Assembly: GCA_013265495.1 (NCBI GenBank)
Contig: MU058423.1
Span: 3,611,061-3,675,060, forward strand
Direction of reading: 5' to 3'
DNA from: Vicugna vicugna
Lineage: Eukaryota
DNA length: 64,000 nucleotides
The position numbers and the translations under genes are program-made. Positions 12,151-23,805 of this stretch are shown here, piece after piece (the first letter of the stretch is position 1; each line of letters opens with the position of its first letter). The notes beneath the pieces were generated by a model that ran no database searches, was not told where the DNA came from, and saw only the letters and a program-made list of their open reading frames with translations.

Positions 12151-13129
12151 TCTTTTCTGGCCAAAAAACTCGACAATGGATCTAATTGGAAGGGAAGATA
12201 TGGAAGGTATTTTGTTCACATGTATATATGTCAGGGGTGCCCCTCCACGCTTTTAACCCACTGCCTTCCATTTCCAAGGGCCCTGGATAACCATTGGTAA
12301 AGCTGAAGTCGAGCCTGTGGATAGTGTGGCATAAGAGCAAGGGACAAAGACGCCACTGAGAGAATGGAGTGGGGAGGCCCAGGTGGAGGTTGAGAATGAG
12401 GCTGGGGCTCACGGAAAGAGTGGGGCTGCAGGCAGGGCAGGCGGCAGTGGGTGGGAATTCTAGTCCTGCATGTGCTGATATATGGTGTGTTTGACCTTGC
12501 TGAGCATCAGGGAAATCTGTAACAGATCCTGTAACAGCTTGCATGGGAGTGCAGCCCCCCCCCCGACATTTTACATATCTGTAGGATGTTTCATCACAGA
12601 TAATGAACCAGAAAGTGTGTAATTATCTTAATTCTCTGACTTACTGCCCAGGGGTGGATGATCTAGATACAAATAATGGGCTCTTGACTTCTGATGTTGG
12701 ATTTGCTTTCTTGGGATTAGGGATCATCAAAATGAGTGTCGTTCTATTTTAAAAGCCTATTTTGGTATCCCTGTAATGTGTAATAAATTTGCTCGTGTAA
12801 TTTGCTCAAGTTCAGTCAAGTTTTTGACTTGAAGTCATTGTGAGGGTTAATGGGTGAGTGCTTGAATGAGAGCACAAGCATGTAGGGATGGAGGGTTGGA
12901 AGACTTAAGTGAGATGGGCAGGTGAGGCTGCCTAGCATACACAGTAGGCACTCAGTAAATGTTCGCTTCCTTCCCTCATCTGGCTCTCTCCCTAACTACC
13001 ATTTCCCCAGATTCTCAGCAAAATGATCTCACTCTCTATTTTGGAGCATCTTCTGCCCCTAACCCCCAAAAGTAGGGAAAATATTCCAAGAGAAAATAAA
13101 AGAAATGGAAAGATGGAAGGAAGGGAAGG

Positions 13130-13385
13130 GTTCTTCATCATGCACTGAACACCTGTACTACCTGTGTTAGGGATTCTAAGGTGAGTTAAGACACATATTC
13201 CAATCTGAAGGAGCTCACACTCCAGCAAGGGAGACTAAGAGAGAAATAATGTGAGGTTTGACGAGAACAGAGGTAGAAACTTGCACGGGGTGCAGGTGAG
13301 CACTTGGAAGGGGCACCTAATGTACACTGGGTAGGGTGATGGTGGGGGCATCAGGGAGTCTTCCCTGGGGAAATGATACCTAGTG
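13130..13385 (-). mobile_element. L2 3' fragment
   Basis: actgaacacctgtact...aaggagctcacactccag...tcagggagtcttccctggggaaatgatac. Confidence 0.7.
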
Positions 13386-13767
13386 GGGGGGCTCGCCCCT
13401 CACACCTCTGCCGGCCACAGCTCTTAGGACCCTTGCTACCCAAGAAGGAGACTGAAGTAGAAGATACTTATTTTTCCAGAAGTCCTGGAGCAAGCCAAGG
13501 ATGTATGTAGTCGTAGGGGTTAGGGCTATAACGTGTATCAGGAGGCTTCTAGGCGGCCCCCTTTCCTGGGAACATACTGAATTCTGGTGCTCGTTTTAGG
13601 GAAATGTATGAAACATCCACATGCCTAAGCCATAACCTTTGGATTCTGGTTTGGTAGACCTGGATCTGAACCAGATCTGCTGAATCCGGCTCTGGGGTGT
13701 AGCCAGGACAGGCAAATGGCCAGAACAGGATGAGAAAAGTATTGAGAGAAATGGCACTACCTACCAC

Positions 13768-13960
13768 TTATTCTCACATCATCTAGTTCAATCTTCAGAA
13801 CTCTATGAGGGAGAGACCAAGTAGATCTTTCATAGACAAGGAAACTAAACTTAGAGAAGGTAAGTGACATGTCCGAAGTTACCCAGCTGGTGCCTGCTAA
13901 GATGAGCTTCGTGGTGGGCTCTCCTCAACCCAAGTCTTTGGTGCCTTCCATTATGCAGCA
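13768..13960 (-). mobile_element. MIR SINE
   Basis: Core tagacaaggaaactaaacttagagaaggtaagtgacatgtccgaagttacccagct. Confidence 0.8.
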
Positions 13961-14423
13961 ATTAAAACATTTGTGTCCCATCTCTTTGAAAAAGGTGTAG
14001 GCATGTGTGTACGTCTCTGTATGTGTGTGTACACACAATAATATGTTAGGAAATCAGGACCATGGATTGCAAGAGTAGCAATACAATATAGACTTCTGCT
14101 TGAACACCAGCTTTTGCTGAGTTTCCTGGTGCCCAGAGCAAAAAGAGAAACTGTCTAAATAAAAGTTCTCACTATTGCAAAGGATGAAACATTACAGAGG
14201 AAACATTTTCTCTGAAAAAGAGGATTCCTTTATTCTGAGGTTTTCTTTCTGATCATAAAGAATATTAGTTCCTCAAGAAAGTTAAAGATTTTGTTTATTT
14301 CTAATAATTCTCAGTGGGATCTTGCAAGCAAAATCGAACCATACAATGAACAATGTTCTCCACTGGAGTTTGCTAACAAATACAAAAGTATTTTGTACTT
14401 TTGTAACAAATACGAACTGCAAA

Positions 14424-14605
14424 CAGTAGTCACTGGCCACAGGTGCCTATGGAACTCTTGAAATGTGCCTTAAATGTAAATGTTTCCAAGTCTTAGTGAA
14501 AAAGAATAAAATGAACTATAAAATTTTTATATAGATTGTATATTGAAATATAATAAGACTGGATTTGTTGAGTAAAACAAATTATTAAAATTAATCTCAC
14601 TTCTT
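14424..14605 (+). mobile_element. MER33 (hAT-Charlie MITE), partial copy 1
   Basis: gtagtcactggccacaggtgcctatgg...ttgaaatgtg...cttagtgaaaaagaat...attaaaattaatctcac. Confidence 0.8.
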
Positions 14606-15589
14606 AAATTTACTTGACTTGGATTTTTTGCCTTTAATGTGTTCAAATAAAGTGGTAGTTTATTGTGCACTTGATACATACCAGGATTATCTTAATAATT
14701 ACTATGTGGATTTCTGAATTTATTGCAGAAATTGGTAAAGTAATTTAAGGGGTCAATTTTATTGATCTTTATTTTAGGAAAGCAGAACAAATCTTGCCAA
14801 TGTCTAGCTCCATTTTATCCCACTGTTTTCTGTCACCATGTTTAGTTGGTAATATTTTCCGAATTAAGTTTAGGGTCATGCCCTTTGTGGAAACTGTTCA
14901 TCTAGATCTAGAATGTTTTGAGAAGGATTAGCCCTAAAAACTCAGCTTCAAAATTCTTAGATTATATATACAGAGCACATTAGAACTTCTGACTACTTCA
15001 AGGATGTAAGTTATGTGTGTTTCCCTAGCGTCAGCCAACATGAGGCAGGTAAAGGACAGCGGGACTGGGGACCAGCTGCAGAGGCTTCCATAAGCCTCCC
15101 TCAGAAGGGCAGGGAGAGACCTGCTCGCCAAAGTTCTGTTTGGAACCACGAGCCCAATTAGTTTCTTGCTTCTCATCCCTGTTAGAGCTGGCCACCACCC
15201 AAAACATAAGCCCTCTGGACATGCTTCCTCGCATGTAGCCCATCCCGTGTTGTTCTGAGCATTTCAGCCCCTGGCTCATCCTCCCACTGTGGGGCCTTCT
15301 GCCAGTCCTCCCAGCATGTCCGCTGCAATCCCCGCGCAGCTGTAAACCCCCCGCCCCCTCACACACTTGTGTATCACAGAATGTTCCCTCGACTTCCTCA
15401 CCTTCACTGAAACCCAGCTCTTACAGAGTCTCAAGGAGAGCTTGCTCTTTCTCCCAGGTCCCAGAGACCAAAGAGTGGGAAGCAAGAGGAGCATTCTCTC
15501 AGCCTCCCTCTGATACTTGGCATCTGTTCTCTGGGTACAAAGGAGCCCCCCCCATCACTGAGGCTCCACCCTCCCCTCTCCTCACTGCT

Positions 15590-16008
15590 CTCACAAAAGG
15601 TAACCGCTGGCCACAGGTGCCCTATGGAACTCTTTTTTGAGGAGGGGCAGGTAATTAGTTTCTTGAATTAATTAATTTAAATAGAGGTACTAGGGACTTA
15701 ACCCAGGACCTCATGCATGCTAAGCATGTGCTCTACCACTGAGCTGTACTCGCCACCCCCTGGAACTCTTGAAATGCACCTTAAGGGTAAACATTTCCAA
15801 GTCTTAGAGAAAAAGAATATAAAATGTCTCAGTATTTTTATATAGATTGCATATCAACATATGATAACACTTTGGATATACTGGGTAAAACAAATCATTA
15901 ACATTAATTTCACTTCTTTCTTTTTGTTTCTTAAGTGTGGCTACTGGGAAATTCTAAATGACATAGACTTGTGTCTCCTGTCATCATATGTCTGTGGACT
16001 AGCCCTGC
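15590..16008 (+). mobile_element. MER33 (hAT-Charlie MITE) copy 2, split by a SINE
   Basis: ggtaaccgctggccacagg...[SINE]...ttggatatactgggtaaaa...gtgtggctactgggaaatt...ggactagccctg. Confidence 0.85.
15635..15760 (-). mobile_element. tRNA-derived SINE, camelid Vic-1 type, 10-bp TSD
   Basis: Reverse complement: gggggtggcgagtacagctcagtggtagagcacatgcttagcatgcatgaggtcctgggtt...aaactaattacctgcccc (A/B boxes). TSD TGGAACTCTT at 15625-15634 and 15761-15770. Confidence 0.92.
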
Positions 16009-16109
16009 TCTAAGGCCCAAGTCTGGCGTGGATCTCAGCTCTGGTCTGTAAGTCTTCCTTTAGCTCCTGCACTGGCTGAGGCCTTATGAATTAAAGAATA
16101 CTCTAATTG

Positions 16110-16410
16110 ATTTTTTTTCATATTACAAAGTAAAACACTTCCATTATAAAACATTATAAAATGCAGATTATAAAATGTTAACAAAGATGACCAGAAATCC
16201 ATATATATATATATGAAAGGATTATATATATTTTTTGTAACTTGTTTTTTACACTTACCAACACAGCATAAATATCTTTGTGTCATTATGTATTCTGTGA
16301 CAATTTTTAAAAATGGTCAACTAATATTTCCTTATAAAGTATGCTGTAATTTATTTGGCCGGTCTTTGTTGGTTGGGCAGTATGTTTGAATTATGCTATT
16401 GTACATGAAG
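16110..16410 (-). mobile_element. Ancient L1 (L1ME-type) 3'UTR fragment
   Basis: ttgtaacttgttttttacactta...aaatatctttgtgtcatt...taatttattt...ttggttgggcagtatg. Confidence 0.6.
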
Positions 16411-17309
16411 CAGAATGCCTGCTCAGGGGAAACTGAAAATGGTTTTTGGAGAGTGGGTCCTATCTAAAACCGCCAACCTTTTCTAGCTATAGAAGGAGCA
16501 GGTCAGTCACAGAGGAGCCACCTGCTTATCTCCCATCACACAATTGTCACATAACTTCAGAATAAATATGCACTGGTTAATCTCGGGAATACCTGGAAGT
16601 CAGTGCTATAAACAAAAGGCAAATGTTTCAGACGCAGATGTTGGATGTTTCTAAATTGGATGAGTGCTACCTCCTTGGGAGGCGGACTTTCAGGTGGCAG
16701 GAGTCTGGGTCTTAGTGAAGCTGGCTCCTTTCTCCCCCGTGGAATGCTGCTGGGAGCCAGGCACGCCTGGTGGGGGTGAGGTCCTGGTGGCTGTGGAAGG
16801 GGACGGGTCCCGGCTTAGGGAACCAGGTGAGGAAGAAAGCAGGTGTCCAGCAGAGTTATCAGTGAGTCCCAGCAGGGATTGTGGAGTGTGTCAACTGTCC
16901 TCAGAGAACCCCGGGAACACTTGGGGGACACTCCACAGCAGGCACTGCTGTCCTGGTGCCCCCCGGCGGGAGACTCTTAAGTCACTGATTGTTGTTTAGG
17001 CTAAAAAAATGGCTGGGATTCCCCCATGGTGCTCATCTGCTTCCATCAGAGGCTGAAACCAAGTCACCTGGGGAGAAAACTCAACGCTAAAGCTCTTCCT
17101 AGGCAGAAAAGTATGTAAATTATTTAACTCTACACATATCCACGAAGACACACAATGTAACAATCATTAAATCAGAATTACCAGAGGAAATCATTTCCAA
17201 CTCCAGGACTGGGTCAGATATGTATGGAGGGGTGTGTGTAATTGTCTTAAAACAGATATCTTTCCAGGGTTCACATTGTGCTCATTGCTGAAGTTCCAAA
17301 GCAGGTGAA

Positions 17310-17486
17310 TGTGGGAGTCAGATTGCCTGGGTTTGGATCCAGATCCACTGCGGGTGACCTTGGACACGTTACTTAATCTCTCTTAACGTCTCATGGGGTA
17401 TTAGGAGAAAGGAATGAGGCGGCGCATGCAAGGCTTAGCACGATGCCTGCTGTACAGTGAGCACGGAATGCATGCTAACTGTTGTT
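17310..17486 (+). mobile_element. MIR SINE
   Basis: ggagtcagattgcctgggtttggatcc...gtgaccttggacacgttacttaatctctct...cttagcacgatgcctg. Confidence 0.85.
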
Positions 17487-17559
17487 CTGAGATCGTTACC
17501 TTTCTATTATTTCTCATGGGAACTGTAATAGCTTCCTCGTCTCATCATCACCACTTGTC

Positions 17560-18189
17560 CTCTTTCTCCAGTACATTCTGCATACAGCAGCCAGAAAATT
17601 AAAGATTTGATCGTGTCATTCTCCCTTGTAAGGCCCCTTTCCCACCACTGCTATCCCGCTGCAGTAAACTCCTTGCTGTGGTCTTCGGGGAAGGCCCTGC
17701 CGGGTTTGGCGTCACCCGCTCTGTGACAGGCCTCCCTGTGCCCACCCTGACTGCTCCAGCCCTGCTGATCTGCTCGAGGCTCCTTGAACTTCCTATGCCT
17801 GTTAGTGCCTTGTAGCCTCTGTACTTGTGCCCCCACTAGGAATGCCCCCCATCTCCACACGGCCGACTCCTTCACATCACCTGCATCCCAGCTTAAATGG
17901 CACCTCCTCAGAGAGTCGTCTCAGCCAGTCATCCAGAGACCCAACCAGTCGACTCACTTGGCGGCTATAGCTGCACCGTGTTGTGTTATTTTCTCTGTGG
18001 CTCCGTCCTTCTGTTCATTCATTTGCTGGCACATTATCGACTGTCTCCCTGCACTGGGGTGTAATCTCCCTGAGAGCAGGCGCCTTTTGTGTCTTGTTCA
18101 ACACTCACCCCAGTGTCCAGAGTGGAACCCAACCCCCATCAGGAACTTCAGAAGCCCTTGTAGGATCCACGAAGGAATGACTGACTGAA
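17560..18189 (+). mobile_element. L2 3' portion
   Basis: cagcagccaga...gatcgtgtcattctccct...cagcttaaatggcacctcctcagagag...ctccctgagagcagg...gaatgactgactgaa. Confidence 0.85.
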
Positions 18190-19936
18190 GAGACTGGATA
18201 ATGAACCCTATGCAAAGAAAGATCACGTTCCACCCAGAGTTGAAAAGTGCCTTGACTGAAAAAAGCACTTTAGTTGGAGCAGTAACAGTGGCATTTGGAA
18301 TCAATAGAATCTGATGGCCTGCCAATTTCTGCCCTGATTTTCTTTCTCCTGAAAGGATCCTAGATTGAACAGCATTTCTCCTCGGTATCTGGGGTCCTGA
18401 AAAGCTCAAAGAGGGCCAGGGCTCGAGGGACATAAAAACTGACAACTGCAGAGGAGCAAGGCAAAGGCAGACTGTGGCGAAAACAGTTAGTGATGATCCC
18501 CTAAACCACGCCGGAGGAAGAAGGGGAGGGGAGAGGGTCCATGTTTCTTCCTCCGCATGTGGCTCATGAGTCACTTGTGAACCGCTGCTCGCTCAGAAGC
18601 CTCCAGCCCTCCGCTTCCCGAGGCGGTCATGCCTTTGCTTCTGAGATTCAATTAAATCAGCCCTAATGAGCAGCTATGCAGAAAGGGAGCTCTTGTTTAC
18701 AGAACACAAGGAATAATAATGAGCCAACATTAATTAGGATTGTTACTGCAAATCAGAAAAATTGATTCTCCACCTCAGCGGCGGGCAGATTTCTGCTCTC
18801 AGCCACCAGGTCTCACAGGCTTAAGAAAGAGAGCGCCTTGTGGTCTTTGCTGGTTGCTGTGAAGTCGATGTTTAAGAACAATCCCACGAAAATTTTCCTT
18901 TGTTCTACTGGCTCGTGTCAATTCCACCAATCACTACTCACCATTATTCTGGTTGTTGCCACTATTGAATAAACACAGGCAACCAAGTTTTAACCGCAAT
19001 GATAAAATACTTAAAAAAAAAAAAACTTCTGTAGGCAAAGGGCCACAGCAGTAGGAGGGTTTGACAGAAGGATCATGTTGCTCCTTTGATCATCTGTCAT
19101 TTTGTTAGAAGAAAGCATATGCCATCCTTTGCTCTGTTTTTAAAATAGATTCAGAGGAAGTGAGGAATTAATCTTAACCTTAAACGCATTGAGCCCAGTA
19201 TTTCCTATCCAACTGTAGAATGTGCTATCTGGTTTCCTACACCTCGCCCTTGCTAAGTTTAGGTTCTCTGGGCCAGCTGTCAAGAAGGAAGAGAAGGGGG
19301 AAGGGGACGTTGCTTTAGATGGATGAGGCATTGGGCGGTCCGTTATCAATCGGCTTATTTCCTCACTCCTCCATTCCCCATTCCCCATTCCCCACAGCGA
19401 CAGAACCCAGCATGACCTGCGCTAAGGACCCTTGTGACTTTTCAGACCTTTGTTCCAAAGTGGAATCGGCGTGAATCGCCTTCTCACTGTGCTCTGCTTC
19501 GTGGTTCTGTCCTACGAACACCGAGCATTCGTCAGCCCATCAGCAGCGCGTTATCTTGCCCATCTCGGTCCTCTCTAGAAAAGCCTAGTTTTGCCTTGCT
19601 TTTTAAAACTTGTTTCTAAGAAGGAGGCAAGCATGTCATCAGCTCACATGCTCTGCACGCAGGTGGAGCTGGTGTGGAACAGCAGCATTTGTAGAGTTTG
19701 TCTTTGGAGATTTTTCTTCCTTAGGTTAATGCAGCTAAGACGACTGAGTTTGCAGACAGTTTAGTCAATGTGCTTCAACTTTTAAAGACAATGAAGATTG
19801 AGCGTGTGCAGATGGTGGCACTTACTCATAGTCATGTGCTCTGTGCTCAGCGCCCCGACCTGGCTCATGATGGCTGTTCAACGAAATGCTTCGTGGATTG
19901 AACTTGAGTTAGTAGCTGAGTGTCCCGGGGATGCTA

Positions 19937-19951
19937 GGCGCCCTCTAGTAC
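19937..19951 (-). promoter_or_regulatory. CTCF-like motif (candidate)
   Basis: Reverse complement GTACTAGAGGGCGCC versus consensus CCACYAGRGGGCGC; mismatches at the first two positions. Confidence 0.3.
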
Positions 19952-21399
19952 AGGTGAGCTGGTCCCAGCGCATTTCAGTGGAAGCACTGCTACTGTCCTG
20001 CTGTTTTCGGTCCCTTCAGCCTGCTGCCCACTCACTTCCCATGCCTTCTGCCTGGGCACCGCCCTTCCTCTGCCAGAGCAGGCTTCTGCTTTCCACATCG
20101 GCACGGAGAGCTTCAGAGCGGGCTTAGCAATATCTGCAGTGCCTCTAGGTCCCATGACTTAGAGACACGGTGAAGCTTGGGGGAAATTTTCATGAAATGA
20201 GCCGTGGGAGGAAAGAATAACTATGAAAAATCCTTTGCAGCCTATGAAATCAACACTGCCTTTTCCTCTTTTATACGGAAAATTTAAAACATTCACAATG
20301 ACTCAGCAGAGCCTAATACAACCAACACTTGTGTACCCATCACCTGCGTCCATTTCTTGCTAGTCGGCTTCATCTTTGAACCCTTCCAGTTCTGTGCGCC
20401 CGTCTGCGCGTGTGCGGGTGAAACCAGTGATGCTCGGCCTTTCTGTAAGGTGAGCCCGATCTACGTCCATATCATTTAGGCAAAAAAATGAAATTTCCTA
20501 AATGAAAATGTTACCATTGAGTCTTTTGTTGTGATGCCCTATTTTTAAGTCCCGGGACTGGTGGTTCCAGAATGTTTCAATTAAATGCTGGTAATGTAGA
20601 AAACAGCCTTTTTCAAGGCCTCATGTCCCCTCCATCAGTGGCTTTCAGCCACTTCCTTCTGTCTGATTGAATTCTTAAACGTGTCCCTGGTGGGCTGCTG
20701 GGGGAGACTGTGTTGCTTTGCCAGTCTGTCTGTTTCTGGCACCCACACGCTGCAAGTACAAGCTTCCTCTGGGCATTTGAGACCATTGGAGCTCAAACTT
20801 TTCTTAATTGCTGTATTTGCAGTGAATGTCCTTTTGTCGCAGCGCAATGACCCATTTTTTTTTTTTTCAACCACAGAGCTGATGGAGACGAGCTGCCAAG
20901 TCACATCGGGGGAATGACTCAGAGAAGGGAGCAGTGGGAGGCAGCCTGCACACACGATAACCCGGGGCAGGCTCGGCTTTTGCGGAATCCCCTCATTCTG
21001 TAGACAGTCCTCTATTGCTGGTGCAGTTGAGAAAGATAAGGTGACGCCATCTGTTTTGATTTACAAGCTAATGAAATAAGAAAAATCAAATGGCGTCCAC
21101 AAAATTACCAGACCATCTCAGGAAAATTACTCCCTGACCAGATGTTATTCCTTGGTTCTAATAATTAATGATGAATCTGAATCAATCAGGGGAGAATCAG
21201 CTTTGTTTTTATTATACTGATGTTCCTGTCGCTGCAAAGGTATTAATATGCCAGGCCACATAGATTAGCACAAACTCAACAGGATGAATGATCTATGGAG
21301 GGTTTCAAGAAGAGCCTCAGGAGAATGAGTTTCAGATGTCCATTGGAGCACAAGCTTCCTGTGGGGCAGAAAAGTGAGGGCAGGGGTCCTTGGCGGGTT

Positions 21400-22230
21400 T
21401 CCCCCAACCCTCTTCTGTCTTCCCTTGTGGGCCATGTTTCCCAGGCCTCCCTGTCGCTTGGCTTCCTGTGGGGGGCAGCTAGTGAGAAACTGAAGTGTGG
21501 GAGGAAGGTCTGAGCCAAGTGTATCAGTTTCCCACTGCTGCTGTGAGATGGCCACACCCTGAGTGATTCAGACAACCCACGTCCATTATCTTCTGGTTCT
21601 GGAGATCCCAAGTTTGAAATAAGTCTTAAGGGACTAAAGCCAAGGTGTCAGCAGAGCTGCCTTCCTTCCGGAGGCTCTAGGGGAGAACTCGTCTCCTTTC
21701 TAGTGGCTGCCACATTCCTTGACTTGTGGCCACGTCCTTCTGACCTCTGCCCCTGTTGTCACATTGCCTTCTCTGACTCTGACCCCCGCTTCCCTCTTAT
21801 AAGATGGTTGAGATGACACTGGGTCCACCTGAGTCATCTGGAATGATCTTTCCCCTGAAGATCCTTCACTTTGTCACCTCTGCAAGGTTCCTTTTGCCTG
21901 GAAAGATGACATATTTACCGATTCTGGGAATTAGAACAGGGACATCTTTGGTAGGGGGTTGAGTTTGCATTATCCTCCCTCCCACACCAAGGCATTTCTC
22001 CCCATCCACCCTCAAGGTGACCTGGGCCCTGCCCTCTTGTAAGGCCCCTGCTCCCTTAGTCCTTGTGGTCTCAGGGTGGCAATGGCTCCCTGGCTGCTGG
22101 CTTCTGGGTTTCGCCTGGTCCCCAGGTTGGCTAATCAGCCTCTTTGGTCACCTGTGTAACAAATTCCTTGCCTCAAATTCCCTTTGTTTGAAATACTGAA
22201 AGGTGTTTTCTGTTTTCCTGGTTGACCAAT
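21400..22230 (+). mobile_element. LTR33-like ERVL solo LTR, split by MLT1
   Basis: catgtttcccaggcctccct...ggcttcctg; 3' end aaattccctttgtttgaaatactgaaaggtgttttctgttttcctggttgacc. Confidence 0.75.
21520..21986 (-). mobile_element. Complete MLT1C-like MaLR solo LTR with 5-bp TSD
   Basis: TG...CA termini; TSD CCAAG at 21515-21519 and 21987-21991; internal ggaggctctaggggagaa...tcttataag...ggacatctttg. Confidence 0.92.
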
Positions 22231-22554
22231 GAGGTGAAGTGGTGATGCCTGCGTGCAAACGGTCTCCCCGAGGCGGGGCTCAGACTTCAGGCAACTGTGT
22301 CAGGATCAGCAGGGGCCCCGCCTTCCACGCGCGTGGCAAGAGTCCCTCCTTCTCTCTGCCCCTTGGGGCCCGGATGTGTAGACGTGGTGCAGCTGGCTGA
22401 AGGACGGCCAGTGATGTGAGGTTCACGGGCCCCGGATTCAGACCAGGGCAGCATCTCAGTGCAGATATGAACAGCTCCTCAGCTGAAGAGTCTCGACTAT
22501 GGAAAAGGACTGTTTAAGAGAAGCTATCCAAAGTGTGTGTGAGAAGAGGCGTTT

Positions 22555-22740
22555 CTTCTAGTCTGAATACTTGGATTCAAGTTTGTCCATTTAGTCTCTG
22601 CGTGGTTTTGAACAAATCACCCAGTTTCTGGGCCTTGGTGTTCTCATCTGTTAAAATGGGACAATCGTACGTAACTTCAAAGGTTTGCCTGAGGGCTCAG
22701 GTGATGTTTGGGAAGCCCTAAGTAAATATAAGTCTTTTAT
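22555..22740 (+). mobile_element. MIR SINE
   Basis: ttgaacaaatcacccagtttctgggccttggtgttctcatctgttaaaatggg. Confidence 0.75.
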
Positions 22741-22744
22741 TGGT

Positions 22745-23570
22745 TAATTCTAAAATAATTACTGAGCACCCACCATGGGCTGTTTACTGTCTTAGTCCCT
22801 GTTCTCGTGGAGTTTTCAATTTATTGGGAAGATAGACATTATTCAAATAGTCATACAAATGTATATATAATAACAAAGCACAGCTTTGGAGGAAAGGTGC
22901 ATGGTTTTTTGAGAATGTAGGACAAAGAAGCCTGACTTTAACCAGAGATTCAAGGAAGCCCCTGAGCTATAATTTGAAGGCTATGCAGGACTTGATTAGG
23001 TAAGGGGATTGAGGAAATAGCAAGTGCAAAGGCCCTGGGGTTGAATGGCATGTGTTGTCTTGAAGAATCTGATGCCTAGAGAGTGAGAAGAAAGTAGTAC
23101 AAGGCCGGGGAGGTAGTTAGGGTGAGTCCAGGCAAGGCCTTATGAGGATTTTAGCTTTTGTGCTAAAATTTGGGGCAGTACGTGTGTGATAAGAACAGCT
23201 TTATGCTGTTCTTTAAGCAGAAGATCACTCAGAGAACAGAGTGGAGAGGATCAAGAGAGGATGAGGAGACACCAGCTGGGAGGAGCGGCATGGCCTCTGT
23301 GAGAGCCCGGATGGTAGCTTGGGCTGGAGGGTGTGGAGGTGGAAGGAGAGGTGGGGTCTCGGCTTGCACTCCGGGATGAATGGTGGTGCCAGTGTCGAGG
23401 CAGGGAGTGCTAGAGAGAACACAGCCTGGATGTGTCAGGAACGATCATGAGTCTGGTGTTGGATGTGCTGAGTTGGAGGAGCCTCAGAGACAGCTGAGAG
23501 GAGACCCTCCAGGAGCCAGTCAGGAGAGCTCCGCTCTGGGCTTACAACTTTGGGCATCTTGGGCTTAGAA
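22745..23570 (-). mobile_element. L2 3' portion
   Basis: aattactgagcacccaccatg...gcaagtgcaaaggccctgggg...agatcactc...gtttggatgtgctgagttgg-like motifs. Confidence 0.8.
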
Positions 23571-23611
23571 GCAATAACTCCTTGGATGCAGAGAAATTCT
23601 CTTCCAGACAA

Positions 23612-23805
23612 GCTAATGTGTATTGAGGGCTTATTCTGTGCTGGGCACAATTTTAAGCACTTTCCTTGTGTTAACTCATTTAGTCTTTATAGCCTTTCGA
23701 TTATTTTCCCCATTTTACAGATGAGGAAACAGAGTTATCATCACTTACTCAAGGTAAAACAAATCAGTGAGGCTTGGAACCAGGATCCAAGCCCAGGCTG
23801 GCTCC
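23612..23805 (-). mobile_element. MIR SINE
   Basis: ttaactcatttagtc...ccccattttacagatgaggaaacagag. Confidence 0.9.
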
